This document shows positions 9,007-19,045 of a stretch of DNA of 64,000 nt, piece after piece; positions within the stretch are counted from its first letter, which is position 1; every line of letters starts with the position of its first letter. The notes under the pieces were generated by a model. The model searched no databases and was not told where the DNA came from. It was given only the letters and a program-made list of their open reading frames with translations. The stretch is taken from positions 4,384,001 to 4,448,000 of the forward strand of contig OY730476.1 in assembly GCA_963422735.1 (NCBI GenBank), read 5' to 3'. A program made the translations under genes and the position numbers. The stretch comes from Candidatus Latescibacterota bacterium. GTDB taxonomy: Bacteria; Latescibacterota; UBA2968; UBA8231.

Positions 9007-10491
9007 CTACATGGGCAGGGCGCTGGCCAAAAGTTTTTCCGGCGTAGCCTCGGCCCGTTCGTACTCGGCAGCGATCCGTCCTTCGCGCATCACGTACACC
9101 CGGTCGCACAGCCCCAAAATTTCGGGCATTTCCGACGAAAGGACCACGATTGCCAGCCCCTCGCGCACCAGATCGTCTAGCAATTGATAAATCTCGGCCT
9201 TGGCACCGACATCGATCCCCCGGGTCGGTTCATCAACGATCAGTACCTGCAAGTTTTCCTTGAGCAGCCAGCGGGCCAGCAGCGCCTTTTGCTGATTGCC
9301 GCCGCTGAGCTGCGCGATGGTCTGCTCTTGGTCGGGGGGACGCACCCGCAGGCGTGCGACTAACGCACCGACCTGCTGCCGCTCCATTCCTACCTGCACG
9401 TGGCCGGCGCGGCAGAACTGCTCTAAGGCCGCAACGCTTGCGTTTGCGCGTACGCTCTGCTGCGCGAAGAGGCCGTCGGCTCGGCGATCCTCCGGCACCA
9501 GCCCCAGCCCTAGGGTGCGTGCCCTCGGCGGTGCGTTTGCCGGCACGGGGACTCCGCCGATGGTAATGGTTCCAGCGCGGCGGCGATCTGCGCCCATCAC
9601 GGCCCGCGCTAGTTCAGTCCGCCCCGCGCCCATCAGCCCGGAGAACCCGACGATCTCCCCAGCGCACACCCGGAAGGAAATATCCCGCACCCGGTCCGTG
9701 GTCAGCCCTTCCACTTCTAGCGCACCCGGTCCCGGCGTGCGAGCGGTCGCGGGAAACCCTTGGCCCAACGCCCGCCCGACCATCAGCGCGATGAGTTGTG
9801 CCTCATCGAGGTCTGCGGCTTGCTCGCAAGCGACGCGTTCTCCGTCGCGCAAGACCGTTACTTGGTCGGTCAGCGCCATGACCTCGGCGAGCTTGTGAGA
9901 TACATAGATCACGCCTACGCCCTGCGCCTTGAGCCGGGCAATGAGCGCAAAGAGCTTGTCGATCTCGCGCGTACTCAGTGCCGAGGTCGGCTCGTCCATG
10001 ACGATTACCCGAGCGTCGCACGCCAGTGCCCGTGCGATCCCGACCAATTGCTGCGCGGCTACGCCGAGGTGGCCGACCTTGGTCTGCGGATCGACCGCTA
10101 GCCCGACCTCGTCCAACAGCGTTGCAGAATCAGCGTAGAGCGCGTTCCACCAGATGCGCCCTCCGCGCCCGTGCGGCAGGCGACCGAAGAACAGATTCTC
10201 AGCCACCGACAGCGAGGATACCAGCTCTAGCTCTTGGTAAACGACCGCCAACCCGTGGTCTAGGGCTTGGCGCGGATGACGGATATCTACGGGCCGGCCT
10301 GCAATGTGGTAGCGACCCCGGTCGCAGCGATACACCCCGGCCGCAATTTTGATCAAAGTGCTCTTGCCCGCGCCGTTTTCGCCGACTAGCGCGTGAACCT
10401 CTCCCGGCTGCACCTCGAAATCAACGCCCTTGAGCGCATAGACGCCGGGGAAGCGCTTGTGAATGTCCTTTAGGGAGAGTAGCGGCGTCAT
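9007..10491 (-). CDS. Monosaccharide ABC transporter ATP-binding protein (RbsA/MglA type)
   Basis: GENGAGKST, MDEPT, LSGGNQQK and DEPTRGIDVGAK motifs. Confidence 0.95.
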   Translation of the reverse strand: MTPLLSLKDIHKRFPGVYALKGVDFEVQPGEVHALVGENGAGKSTLIKIAAGVYRCDRGRYHIAGRPVDIRHPRQALDHGLAVVYQELELVSSLSVAENLFFGRLPHGRGGRIWWNALYADSATLLDEVGLAVDPQTKVGHLGVAAQQLVGIARALACDARVIVMDEPTSALSTREIDKLFALIARLKAQGVGVIYVSHKLAEVMALTDQVTVLRDGERVACEQAADLDEAQLIALMVGRALGQGFPATARTPGPGALEVEGLTTDRVRDISFRVCAGEIVGFSGLMGAGRTELARAVMGADRRRAGTITIGGVPVPANAPPRARTLGLGLVPEDRRADGLFAQQSVRANASVAALEQFCRAGHVQVGMERQQVGALVARLRVRPPDQEQTIAQLSGGNQQKALLARWLLKENLQVLIVDEPTRGIDVGAKAEIYQLLDDLVREGLAIVVLSSEMPEILGLCDRVYVMREGRIAAEYERAEATPEKLLASALPM

Positions 10492-11459
10492 GTTGGGGGG
10501 GCGAGCAGCCGCCGCAAGAGGCTCTGCTTGCGCCGGGTGTCCAGATACACGGCTAGGATAATTACCGCGCCGCGCGCAATATCGTGGTAGAAGGACGACA
10601 CGTTCAAAAGCACCAAGCCGTTGGAGAGCACCGTCAGAATCAGAATGCCGATAAAAGCACCGCCGAGCGTACCCACTCCGCCCGTCAGGCTGATGCCGCC
10701 CAAGATCACCGCCGCGATCACCTGCAACTCAAACCCTAGGCCGGCATTCGGCTGACCGGAATTGAGGCGCGAGGCCAAGATAAAGGCACTCAATGCCGCC
10801 AGCACTCCGCCGAGTACAAAGACCAAGACGCGTGTGCGATCGACGGCCAAGCCCGCCAGCCGCGCCGCTTGGATATTGCCGCCGATGGCGTAGATATAGC
10901 GGCCGAGGATGGTGTGGTGCAGGACGTAGTAAAACAGCCCGAAGAGGACAAAGGTCGCCAGCACCGGGATCGGGATCGGCCCCAAGTATCCGGTTCCCAC
11001 TTCGACGAAGCCTTCTACTTTGCCCTGGATCGATACCGCTTGGGTGCTGACCATGGCCGCACCGCGCAAAATCGCCATCATGCCCAAGGTCGCGATCAGG
11101 GAGTTGATGCTGGCCTTGGTGACCAACAGTCCGTTACACAGCCCGATGAGCGCCCCTACGACCAGCGTGGCGACCAGCGCTAGAGCCACGCTCTCAAACT
11201 GATTGAGTACAGCCACGGCGATAATCCCAGCCACCGCTTGGGTCGAGCCGACGCTCAGGTCGATCTCGCCGAGCAGAATGATCATCACCATGCCGATTCC
11301 GGCGATGGCCACCAGCGAGGCGTCGCGCAGCACGTTCTTGATATTGACGGCGGTAAAAAAGACCGGCGTCAGCAGGGAAATCCCCACGCAGAGCAAGACC
11401 AGCGCCAGCAACAACCCAGCCTGCTCGCTGTGGAGCACCCGCGAAAGAAAACGGCTCAT
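10488..11459 (-). CDS. Monosaccharide ABC transporter permease (RbsC type)
   Basis: IDLSVGS, GRYIYAIGGN and ELQVIAAVILGG motifs; hydrophobic. Confidence 0.93.
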   Translation of the reverse strand: MSRFLSRVLHSEQAGLLLALVLLCVGISLLTPVFFTAVNIKNVLRDASLVAIAGIGMVMIILLGEIDLSVGSTQAVAGIIAVAVLNQFESVALALVATLVVGALIGLCNGLLVTKASINSLIATLGMMAILRGAAMVSTQAVSIQGKVEGFVEVGTGYLGPIPIPVLATFVLFGLFYYVLHHTILGRYIYAIGGNIQAARLAGLAVDRTRVLVFVLGGVLAALSAFILASRLNSGQPNAGLGFELQVIAAVILGGISLTGGVGTLGGAFIGILILTVLSNGLVLLNVSSFYHDIARGAVIILAVYLDTRRKQSLLRRLLAPPT

Positions 11460-12433
11460 TGCGGCATCAAGGCCCGCACCGCATCCACCTTAAGGGCGAA
11501 GGGTGGCTCGGTGCTCATGTCGTAGAAGCGGCCGAGATTTTCGCGGGTGACGACGATGGTCGGCGTCTCGTAGTGGTCGGGCAGCGCTTTGCCCTCGCTC
11601 AACTGCAAGGCCGCGTCTATGAGTGCTCCACCGACGAAACTCGGGAACATCGCCAAAGCCGCCGCATAAGGCGTATCGCCGGTGAGGGCCGTTTGTCCCA
11701 CGGTGCCCTCGAAGCCGAAGCCGACCGCTGTCAGCGCTGCTTCGTCCAGCCCGGCCGCCTTGTAAGCGGCCATGCCGCCGGTCGTCGAATCGTCGTTGAT
11801 GCCGTAGATCGCGTTGATCTGCGGGTTGGCCGTCAGCGCGTCCTGTGCTACCTTAAACGCCTTTTCCTTGAGGCCCTGTCCATCGACTTCTTGGACGATT
11901 GCATAGGTCAGACCCGAGGCGGCGAGCGCGTCCTTAAAGCCGGCGACTCGCTGCCGGCAATCCTCGAAGTTGGGAAAGCCGATGACGAGGATCTGGGGAT
12001 CGAGTCCCTTGGCTTGGGCGTACTCGGCGAACCACTCGCCGGCCTTGTCCCCGCCGGCGTAGTTGTCGATCCCCACGTAGCTGTCGGCCCCGGGCACGGG
12101 GTTGGACTCGGTAATCACTTGTACCCCAGCCGCTTTGGCCTGTCGCACCACCGGCCCCATCGCCTTAGCGTCCACTGGCGACAAGATCAGCACCTCGACC
12201 CCTTGGACAAGCAGGTTTTCGGCCTTGGAGATTTGCGCCGCCACGTCGAGGTTGGCATCGGCGACGATCAACTCGACACCCAACTCGGCCGCTCGCGCCG
12301 TCGCCGACTTGCTGATGTTTTGATACCACTCGTGCGACATGAAGTTGATCACGTAGCCGATCTTGAGTGTATCGGGCGCGTCGTCCGCCGGCCCGCAGGC
12401 GATCAGCAGACTCAGTAGCCATGTTTTTTTCAT
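11456..12433 (-). CDS. Monosaccharide ABC transporter substrate-binding lipoprotein
   Basis: Lipobox LLIAC; periplasmic-binding-protein motifs YVGIDNY and GINDDS. Confidence 0.9.
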   Translation of the reverse strand: MKKTWLLSLLIACGPADDAPDTLKIGYVINFMSHEWYQNISKSATARAAELGVELIVADANLDVAAQISKAENLLVQGVEVLILSPVDAKAMGPVVRQAKAAGVQVITESNPVPGADSYVGIDNYAGGDKAGEWFAEYAQAKGLDPQILVIGFPNFEDCRQRVAGFKDALAASGLTYAIVQEVDGQGLKEKAFKVAQDALTANPQINAIYGINDDSTTGGMAAYKAAGLDEAALTAVGFGFEGTVGQTALTGDTPYAAALAMFPSFVGGALIDAALQLSEGKALPDHYETPTIVVTRENLGRFYDMSTEPPFALKVDAVRALMPQ

Positions 12434-12454
12434 AGGTGTGTCCCTTCTCTGCGG

Positions 12455-14029
12455 TCACATCCCCCAAATATCGATCTCGACCCCGCTATCCGACACCCGG
12501 CGGCAGTGGAACACTTTGTCGTCCCAACGCCGACCCGCACGTCGGTCGAAAATCACCAGATGACCCGCCTCCGCCCCGCAGCGATCCATGTATTCGGACG
12601 TCTGCGCCAACCCCGCGACGAGAGTCTGCTCCAAGCTCTTGTGCAGCACCTTGCACTCGACGACGAATCGGCGCGTCTGCTTCCCCTGGGGCCACACGAT
12701 CAGCAAGTCCGTCCGCATTCGACCCAACCCATATTCCCGTTCAATTCGTCCGCCGCTGTTGACGACGCGCTGTAAGAAAGCCTGAAGCAGCAACTGCGGA
12801 CCGGCTTCCTTGTACTCGAACCGCTCGACCCAGTGTTCGGAGTGCTCGCGGAAAAAGAATTGGAACGCCGCCAGCAGCTTGCCCACATCCAAGCCGCCGT
12901 CGCCATCCACATACCAAGCGGGGTCCTGCTCAAACTCCTCTTGCAACACCCACGTCAGTTCACGCGGCACCACCTCCGCGTAGATCGGATTGGCAAGGCG
13001 CAACGGACGATCTTGAGCGACCAGCCCCAGATCCCGCACATACTCCAAATCGCGGTCGGCAAAATGGCGCACCTCACCGCCGCTCAACAGCGGCTCGACC
13101 ACCCGCCGCACCCGATCCTCCTTGAGCTTATCGGCTAACTGGTCCAGATGCGTCTCGCGCCGCAGGATGAGCTGCTCTTGCGCGGCGCGAATGGCTTCAG
13201 CCGTGACCGAGCGATGCCACGCCTCGGCAAATTCGCCTTGGAAGCAGGTCTCGTCGGCCAGCGCATTGACCAGCCACGGCTGCCCTTGGGTCTGCGTCCA
13301 GATCGTCTCCAGCGCCTCGGCGGTAAACACCTGCCCCGTCGCTGCGGTATGCTGACCCAGCAGTGCCAGCACCTCCGCCCGCGAAAAGTCGCCCAGACGC
13401 AGCGACCGCGCTTTGATATTGAACGCACTGCCGCCGGCGATAATCGCGTTTTCTGCGGTGGATTGAATGCGGTAATCGCGCACATCGCGCACCCCGCACA
13501 GCACCACGCTCTGCGGAAACCCTCCGGGACGGCGCACGTAGCCGGCCCGCAATTGCCGCAGCATCGACAACAGCGCGTCGCCGATCAGCGCGTCGATCTC
13601 GTCGATGAGTAGCACCAGCGGTTTGGGACTGGCCTCGGCCCAGCGCGTCAATGCCTCGCCCAGCGCACCCGGACCGTATTTCGCCAAGATGTCGAGCCAG
13701 ATCGCATCGAGAAACTCGTCGCCCAGCGTCGAACGCGCCCAAGAAGCTAGTTGGCCCAAGATGACCTGCGTCGCCCGTTCCACATCTTCGCGCAGGGCTT
13801 GCGCCCCCTCAATGTTGACGTACACGCAGCGATAAGCCCCCTCGGAATTGAGCAGGTCGCGCAGCGCCAGCAGGGCCGATGTCTTGCCCGTCTGCCGCGG
13901 CGCGTACAGGACGAAGTAGCGTTTGTCGCGGATGAGCCGGCGCACTGCGGTGAGGTTCAGCCGCTCCAAGGGCGGGATGCAGTAGTGATCCTCGGCCACC
14001 ACCGGACCGCTCGTGTTGAAAAAACGCAT
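12455..14029 (-). CDS. AAA-like ATPase with C-terminal PD-(D/E)xK-type domain
   Basis: MRFFNTSGPV, Walker A APRQTGKT, LLIDEID, SAFNIK; C-terminal IEREYGLGRMRTDL..VECK. Confidence 0.85.
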   Translation of the reverse strand: MRFFNTSGPVVAEDHYCIPPLERLNLTAVRRLIRDKRYFVLYAPRQTGKTSALLALRDLLNSEGAYRCVYVNIEGAQALREDVERATQVILGQLASWARSTLGDEFLDAIWLDILAKYGPGALGEALTRWAEASPKPLVLLIDEIDALIGDALLSMLRQLRAGYVRRPGGFPQSVVLCGVRDVRDYRIQSTAENAIIAGGSAFNIKARSLRLGDFSRAEVLALLGQHTAATGQVFTAEALETIWTQTQGQPWLVNALADETCFQGEFAEAWHRSVTAEAIRAAQEQLILRRETHLDQLADKLKEDRVRRVVEPLLSGGEVRHFADRDLEYVRDLGLVAQDRPLRLANPIYAEVVPRELTWVLQEEFEQDPAWYVDGDGGLDVGKLLAAFQFFFREHSEHWVERFEYKEAGPQLLLQAFLQRVVNSGGRIEREYGLGRMRTDLLIVWPQGKQTRRFVVECKVLHKSLEQTLVAGLAQTSEYMDRCGAEAGHLVIFDRRAGRRWDDKVFHCRRVSDSGVEIDIWGM

Positions 14030-14041
14030 CGCGAGGACTCC

Positions 14042-14881
14042 TTATCCCTTGACCGCCCCAGCCGTCAATCCTTGGACAAAATACCGCTGCAACCCCACGA
14101 AGAGCGCGATTGGCGGCAGGCTAAAAATCAGCGACGCGGCGAATAGCTGATCGTATTTGTTGACGTATTGCCCCAAAAACGCGGCCCGCAGCCCCACCGG
14201 AATGGTCAGGGCCTGCGATTTGGTAAACACAAAAGCGAACAAGAATTCATTCCACGAAAGCAAAAACGCAAAGGTCCCCACCGCCACGATCGCCGGTGCG
14301 GCCAACGGCAAGACGATTCGGTAGAGTAGCTGAAGGCGATTGCAGCCGTCGATGAGCGCGGCCTGCTCTAGATCGGTGGGGATAGAGCGGAAATAGCCGT
14401 TGAGCAGCCAGGTGCAAAACGGGATGGCAAAGCCTGTGTAGATCAGCACCATGCCCACATGCGTGTCGAGCAATCCGAGCGAGCGAATCACCTGAAAGAG
14501 TGGGATGAGAATCGAAGAGCCGGGCAGCATTTGCGACATCACCACCACCATCAGCAACAAGGTGTTGCCGCGAAAGCGGAAGCGGGCAAAAGCATACGCC
14601 GCGCAGATGCTAAACGCGAGGGCAATCAGGGCCGTAGAAAGGGAAATCACCATGCTGTTGGCAAAGTACTTCCCAAACGGCCCGGTGTCCCACATCTCGA
14701 CGTATGCGCTGAAAGTGACCGAGCGCGGAAAAACCAAAGGCGGAGTCTGCGTCATCTCGGAAAGTGGTCGCACCGAAGTCGTGACCACCCATATCAGCGG
14801 CATCACCAGCGCGAGCACAAAGACTGTGCCCAAGCCGTAGGCGAGATAGGCGCGGATTTTTTCTTGGGTTTTAATTTGCAT
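14042..14881 (-). CDS. Carbohydrate ABC transporter permease (MalG type)
   Basis: EAA loop LEQAALIDG, SWNEFL, and C-terminal GLTAGAVKG. Confidence 0.95.
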   Translation of the reverse strand: MQIKTQEKIRAYLAYGLGTVFVLALVMPLIWVVTTSVRPLSEMTQTPPLVFPRSVTFSAYVEMWDTGPFGKYFANSMVISLSTALIALAFSICAAYAFARFRFRGNTLLLMVVVMSQMLPGSSILIPLFQVIRSLGLLDTHVGMVLIYTGFAIPFCTWLLNGYFRSIPTDLEQAALIDGCNRLQLLYRIVLPLAAPAIVAVGTFAFLLSWNEFLFAFVFTKSQALTIPVGLRAAFLGQYVNKYDQLFAASLIFSLPPIALFVGLQRYFVQGLTAGAVKG

Positions 14882-15776
14882 CCCCGCTCCTCCTCTCCTC
14901 GCGGAAGAGCACGCGGATAAAGACGATGCTCAGCGCCAGCAAAAAGAGCAGCAGAATGAGCGCCGCTGCCGCGCCCTTGCCGAGCCGCAGGTGTTCGAAG
15001 GCGATGCGATAGACCGTAATAGGCACCACCTGCGTGGCCTTGGCCGGGCCGCCTTCGGTCATAATGAAGATCAGCGCGAAGTCGTTGACCATCCAGATGG
15101 TGGCGAAGAGAAAAACCACCCCGATCACGTGTTTGAGCTGCGGCAGCGTCACGTGGAAGAAGCGCTCGAACACATTGGCCCCATCGACGTGCGCGGCTTC
15201 GTATAGCTCGGAGGATGCGCCCTGCAAACCGGCCAACAGCATGATGGTGATATAGGGCATGAAGCGCCAGACATTGGCCACTACCACCGCACCGATAGCC
15301 GCGTCCGGCTGTGCCAGCCAGGGGACATTGGCGTCGATGAAGCCGAGGCTCAAAAGCAGGTGATTGACGAGGCCGAAGCTATCGTGGAAGAGCCAGCGCC
15401 ACATATAGCCGGTCACCACCGGGGCAATGGCCCAGGGGATGAGCAGAAAGCCGGTAAAGACTGGCCGATACTTGCGGATCTCATTGAAGATCAACGCCAT
15501 CCCCAAGCCCAAGACAAAGGCCACCGGCAGGGAGTAGAGCGTAAAGCGCACCGAACTCCAGATGCTGTTGACAAAGGTGCGGCTGCCGAAGAGCTTGGCG
15601 TAGTGAGTCAGGCCGATGAACTCGTCGCCAGCTCCGCGGAAGAGCTTTACCTTGTGCAAGCTCATGATCAGATTGCTGAACACGGGGTAGAGGATGACGA
15701 CCGCCAAGACCAGCATTGCCGGCAGCAAGAAATAGTAAGGCGTCAGATTTTTGCGCCGCGCACTGCTAGTAATCAC
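14871..15776 (-). CDS. Carbohydrate ABC transporter permease (MalF type)
   Basis: LYEAAHVDGA..FFHVTLP and MTEGGP motifs. Confidence 0.93.
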   Translation of the reverse strand: MITSSARRKNLTPYYFLLPAMLVLAVVILYPVFSNLIMSLHKVKLFRGAGDEFIGLTHYAKLFGSRTFVNSIWSSVRFTLYSLPVAFVLGLGMALIFNEIRKYRPVFTGFLLIPWAIAPVVTGYMWRWLFHDSFGLVNHLLLSLGFIDANVPWLAQPDAAIGAVVVANVWRFMPYITIMLLAGLQGASSELYEAAHVDGANVFERFFHVTLPQLKHVIGVVFLFATIWMVNDFALIFIMTEGGPAKATQVVPITVYRIAFEHLRLGKGAAAALILLLFLLALSIVFIRVLFREERRSGDAN

Positions 15777-17034
15777 TCAACACCTCGTTTACTTCTTCGG
15801 CGGCAAAGTCCAACGCCTCCCTGGGGCTTAGCGAGCCGGTCAGCGCCATATTGACCGCGTCGGCAATGTGCCGCTGGATTTGGGTAATTGCCGGATGCCC
15901 CGGCCAGCCCAGCCCATTGGCACCGGCTAGGGCGAGCTGGTCCAAGTCGATGTAATCGGATTGTACGCCTTCGGCATAGGCCGCCTTCAGCGTGGGAATG
16001 CCCCCCATCGTCGGGTTGGGGTTGCGCCAGATCGGATGATCCAAATCCAGTGCCTTGACCACTTCCCAAGCTTCATTGGGGACCTTGGTATAGCCCGTTA
16101 TGGCAATCATAATTACGTCGAGCAACGTCCGCGATTCGCGTGGCCCGATGTGCTCTGTGGGCTTGGGAACCTGCGCCAGCGCCAGATTGTTCAGATCGAA
16201 GTCGTAGTTGCCGTGGACGATATCCTGCCACCACGGCCCCTCAATCGACAGTGCCGCCTTGCCGGTTGACCAATGCGCGGCGTTCTCGTCGAAGCGATAG
16301 GCCGCGCTGCCGGCCGGCAAATAGCCCTTGTTTTTCATCTCCACTAAAAACTCCAGCGCCGCTTGCCCGGCCCGGCCGTTAAAGGCCGCGGCCGACCAAT
16401 CCTCGTTAAAGACGCGCCCGCCCGCTTTGTACAGCAGCGGCAAGAAGCGGTAGGCCGTGTCCAGATTGACGCCTCCAGGCATGGTAAAAGGTTCGATCCC
16501 CGTACCCGCGAATTTCGGGCCCAGCGCCAGCATCTCATCCCAGGTTTTGGGGACATCAAGTCCCATCCGCGCCATAATGTCGGTGTTGACCGCCAGCACG
16601 AAGGGCAGCATGGTCACCGGCAAGCCGTAGTGTTTGCCGTCGTATTCGACCAGTTCCCAGACATTGTCGAGGATGCGCTCCTTGACTTGGGGGAAATCAG
16701 GGAAATTCTCCAGCGCGTACAATCCTCCCAACTCGCCGAACTCCACCGAATACTTGTGATGCACCCGCACAATATCCGGCCCATCGCCGACGATGGTGGT
16801 GCTTATTAGGCTCTCGCGCTGCGTCGCCCAGTCGCGGAATTCCAGCTCGATCTGGATATCGCTGTGCGCGGCGTTGAAATCGGCCACGGCCTGTTGCACC
16901 CATTCGCGCAGACCCGGCACCCCGCCGAATTCCCACAACACCACCGTAGTCGGCTCGCCGGGACGCGGGCGGTCGTTGCCTCCGCAGGCGACTAGGCCGA
17001 CAAAGAGCAGAACTAGCATTCTTTTTATGTACAT
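15766..17034 (-). CDS. Carbohydrate ABC transporter extracellular solute-binding lipoprotein
   Basis: Lipobox LVAC; YDGKHYGLP, PKTWDE and GPWW motifs. Confidence 0.92.
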   Translation of the reverse strand: MYIKRMLVLLFVGLVACGGNDRPRPGEPTTVVLWEFGGVPGLREWVQQAVADFNAAHSDIQIELEFRDWATQRESLISTTIVGDGPDIVRVHHKYSVEFGELGGLYALENFPDFPQVKERILDNVWELVEYDGKHYGLPVTMLPFVLAVNTDIMARMGLDVPKTWDEMLALGPKFAGTGIEPFTMPGGVNLDTAYRFLPLLYKAGGRVFNEDWSAAAFNGRAGQAALEFLVEMKNKGYLPAGSAAYRFDENAAHWSTGKAALSIEGPWWQDIVHGNYDFDLNNLALAQVPKPTEHIGPRESRTLLDVIMIAITGYTKVPNEAWEVVKALDLDHPIWRNPNPTMGGIPTLKAAYAEGVQSDYIDLDQLALAGANGLGWPGHPAITQIQRHIADAVNMALTGSLSPREALDFAAEEVNEVLSDY

Positions 17035-17109
17035 AGCCGAGCAGTATATAAATAGAATGACGCGTTGGCCAGCAGGGATGTGCAGGTCAATACCAACGGG
17101 AAGTAGTAG

Positions 17110-17283
17110 TTATTGGACACAATGTGCCTGCTGCAGCCACCGATCCTGCTCCTTCACCCCTCCGAACATCCACATCGAAATCAGTACCGGCTCGCCGGGC
17201 ACCCTTTCTCGATCCGTGGCGCAGCCGCTAGCAAGCAACCCTGCTAACGCGCCAAAAACCCATATCGCCATCGTGCGTTTCAC
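17110..17283 (-). pseudogene. Truncated 5' fragment of a paralogous solute-binding lipoprotein
   Basis: MKRTMAIWVFGALAGLLASGCATDRERVPGEPVLISMWMFGGVKEQDRWLQQAHCVQ* aligns with PGEPTTVVLWEFGGVPGLREWVQQA of the gene directly downstream. Confidence 0.75.
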
Positions 17284-17397
17284 GCCGATTTATAGTACCC
17301 GATGCGATAACTGCCCACAACACGGGCTGCGCCCGCTGGACACATCGGGCCATATTCTGTAATAATGAGGGCCAACACTCACACCCTAATACGGCTT

Positions 17398-18144
17398 ATG
17401 CAAAACATCCTCATCACAGGGGCTACGGGTTTGATCGGCACGGCCGTTGTCGCCAGCCTGCACACTCGCTATAACCTGTGCGCCCTCAACCGCCGCCCGT
17501 TCCCAAACATCAATTGCCATCAGGCCGACATCGGCGATCTCGGCGCCATTCGGCCGGCCTTTGCCGGGATCGATGCGGTCGTCCATCTCGCCGCCCACAT
17601 CGCCAACGACCTGCCGGCGATCTTCCGTGCCAACCTGCAGGGCACCGGCCATGTTTTCGCCGCGGCCCGCGAGGCTGGGGTGCGCCGCGTCCTCTTTGCC
17701 AGCAGCGGGTCGGTCATGGGCGGTTACGCGACGCGCTCCCCATACAAGGAGCTTTTGGCCGGCGAGTACGACCAAGTGCCTGCTACTTGGCCGATGCTGA
17801 CCGCGCAATCGCCCCTGCGGCCAACGGGCCTGTACGCGGCCAGTAAGGTCTGGGGCGAAGAGCTAGGCCGCGAATACGCTTCGGCCTACGGAATGTCCGT
17901 CTTCTGCCTGCGCTTTGGCCGCGTCAACCCGGAAGACCGCCCGACCCATTCCCGCGAGTACTGCGTCTGGTGCAGCCAGCGCGACGCAGTGCAGATGATC
18001 GAAAAGTGTCTTGCAGCCCCTCTCGACTTGCCCTTCAACACCTTCTTCGTCAACTCGGACAACGAATGGGGCTATCGCGACTTAGAGCACGCTCGCCGGA
18101 CGGTGGGCTTTGTGCCTGCGGACCGAGCCGAAGACTACCGCTGA
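17398..18144 (+). CDS. NAD-dependent epimerase/dehydratase (uronate dehydrogenase-like)
   Basis: ILITGATGLIG, DAVVHLAA, FASS and YAASK motifs. Confidence 0.85.
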   Translation: MQNILITGATGLIGTAVVASLHTRYNLCALNRRPFPNINCHQADIGDLGAIRPAFAGIDAVVHLAAHIANDLPAIFRANLQGTGHVFAAAREAGVRRVLFASSGSVMGGYATRSPYKELLAGEYDQVPATWPMLTAQSPLRPTGLYAASKVWGEELGREYASAYGMSVFCLRFGRVNPEDRPTHSREYCVWCSQRDAVQMIEKCLAAPLDLPFNTFFVNSDNEWGYRDLEHARRTVGFVPADRAEDYR

Positions 18145-18155
18145 GGAGAAACCCC

Positions 18156-18977
18156 ATGCTGCTTTTTGCTCTAGGCGCGATTGTGCTCGCCGCCTCTGCC
18201 GCGTGCGCGGACGTGAACATCAATGTCCCCTTATTGGAGGCGGCCCCGACTGTGGACGGCGACCTCGCCGAGTGGAAGGACCGCGCCCACAACGACGGCG
18301 TCTGGGACATGCGCCGCATCAGCGAGGCCCGCTTCTACCGCCTCGATCGCGGCGCGCGCAACCGCCTCACCGATCACGGCGGCGAGCCGCACCTTGAAGA
18401 CGACTTGAGTGCCCGCTACTACATTGCTTGGGACGCGCAAAACTTCTACTTAGGGGCCGAGGTCCGGGACAACGTCAACGATCTCGACGACCCCGATCCG
18501 GCGGACAAGCGCTGGTATTTCAAGGATGCGATTTGCTGGTTTATGGAAGGCCCGCGCGACCGGGCCAACGAGCGTTTCGGCCAAGGCGACAATGCCTTCT
18601 GCTTTGTGGCCGACCCACAGCGCACCCCGCAAAACGCTTGGTGGCGGCACGGCGCACCCGGCCAGAGTTACATTGAAGAGCCGATTCCCACAGCCGCTTG
18701 CGACTTTGTCGTACGCATGGATCCTTGGGGCCGGAGCGCGGCCGATTTCATCTTGGAGGCTCGCGTCGAAATGGCTCCGACGTTTGGTCAGAGCGACCCG
18801 CGCTGGCAGCCGCCGCAAGTGGGCGACGAATACAGCATGGAAATCGTCCACACCGATCCGGACGGCGGCGCGTATGGCGGCCACTTTATGATCTATGGCA
18901 ACGGCGACGACGACAATACGTGGGGCCGGATGATCTTGGTCGGCCCGCAGACGCCGATTGGGCGGCTCGCCGAGTAG
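18156..18977 (+). CDS. Secreted CBM9/DOMON-like sugar-binding protein
   Basis: Signal peptide; PTVDGDLAEW and YIAWDAQNFYLGAEVRD motifs; GAGGAG RBS. Confidence 0.7.
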   Translation: MLLFALGAIVLAASAACADVNINVPLLEAAPTVDGDLAEWKDRAHNDGVWDMRRISEARFYRLDRGARNRLTDHGGEPHLEDDLSARYYIAWDAQNFYLGAEVRDNVNDLDDPDPADKRWYFKDAICWFMEGPRDRANERFGQGDNAFCFVADPQRTPQNAWWRHGAPGQSYIEEPIPTAACDFVVRMDPWGRSAADFILEARVEMAPTFGQSDPRWQPPQVGDEYSMEIVHTDPDGGAYGGHFMIYGNGDDDNTWGRMILVGPQTPIGRLAE

Positions 18978-19045
18978 GGCGTATTGCTTGAGCGGCCCGC
19001 AGGCGTCCGTAAACCGCACATTCAGCGACGAGAGAGGAGGGTGCT

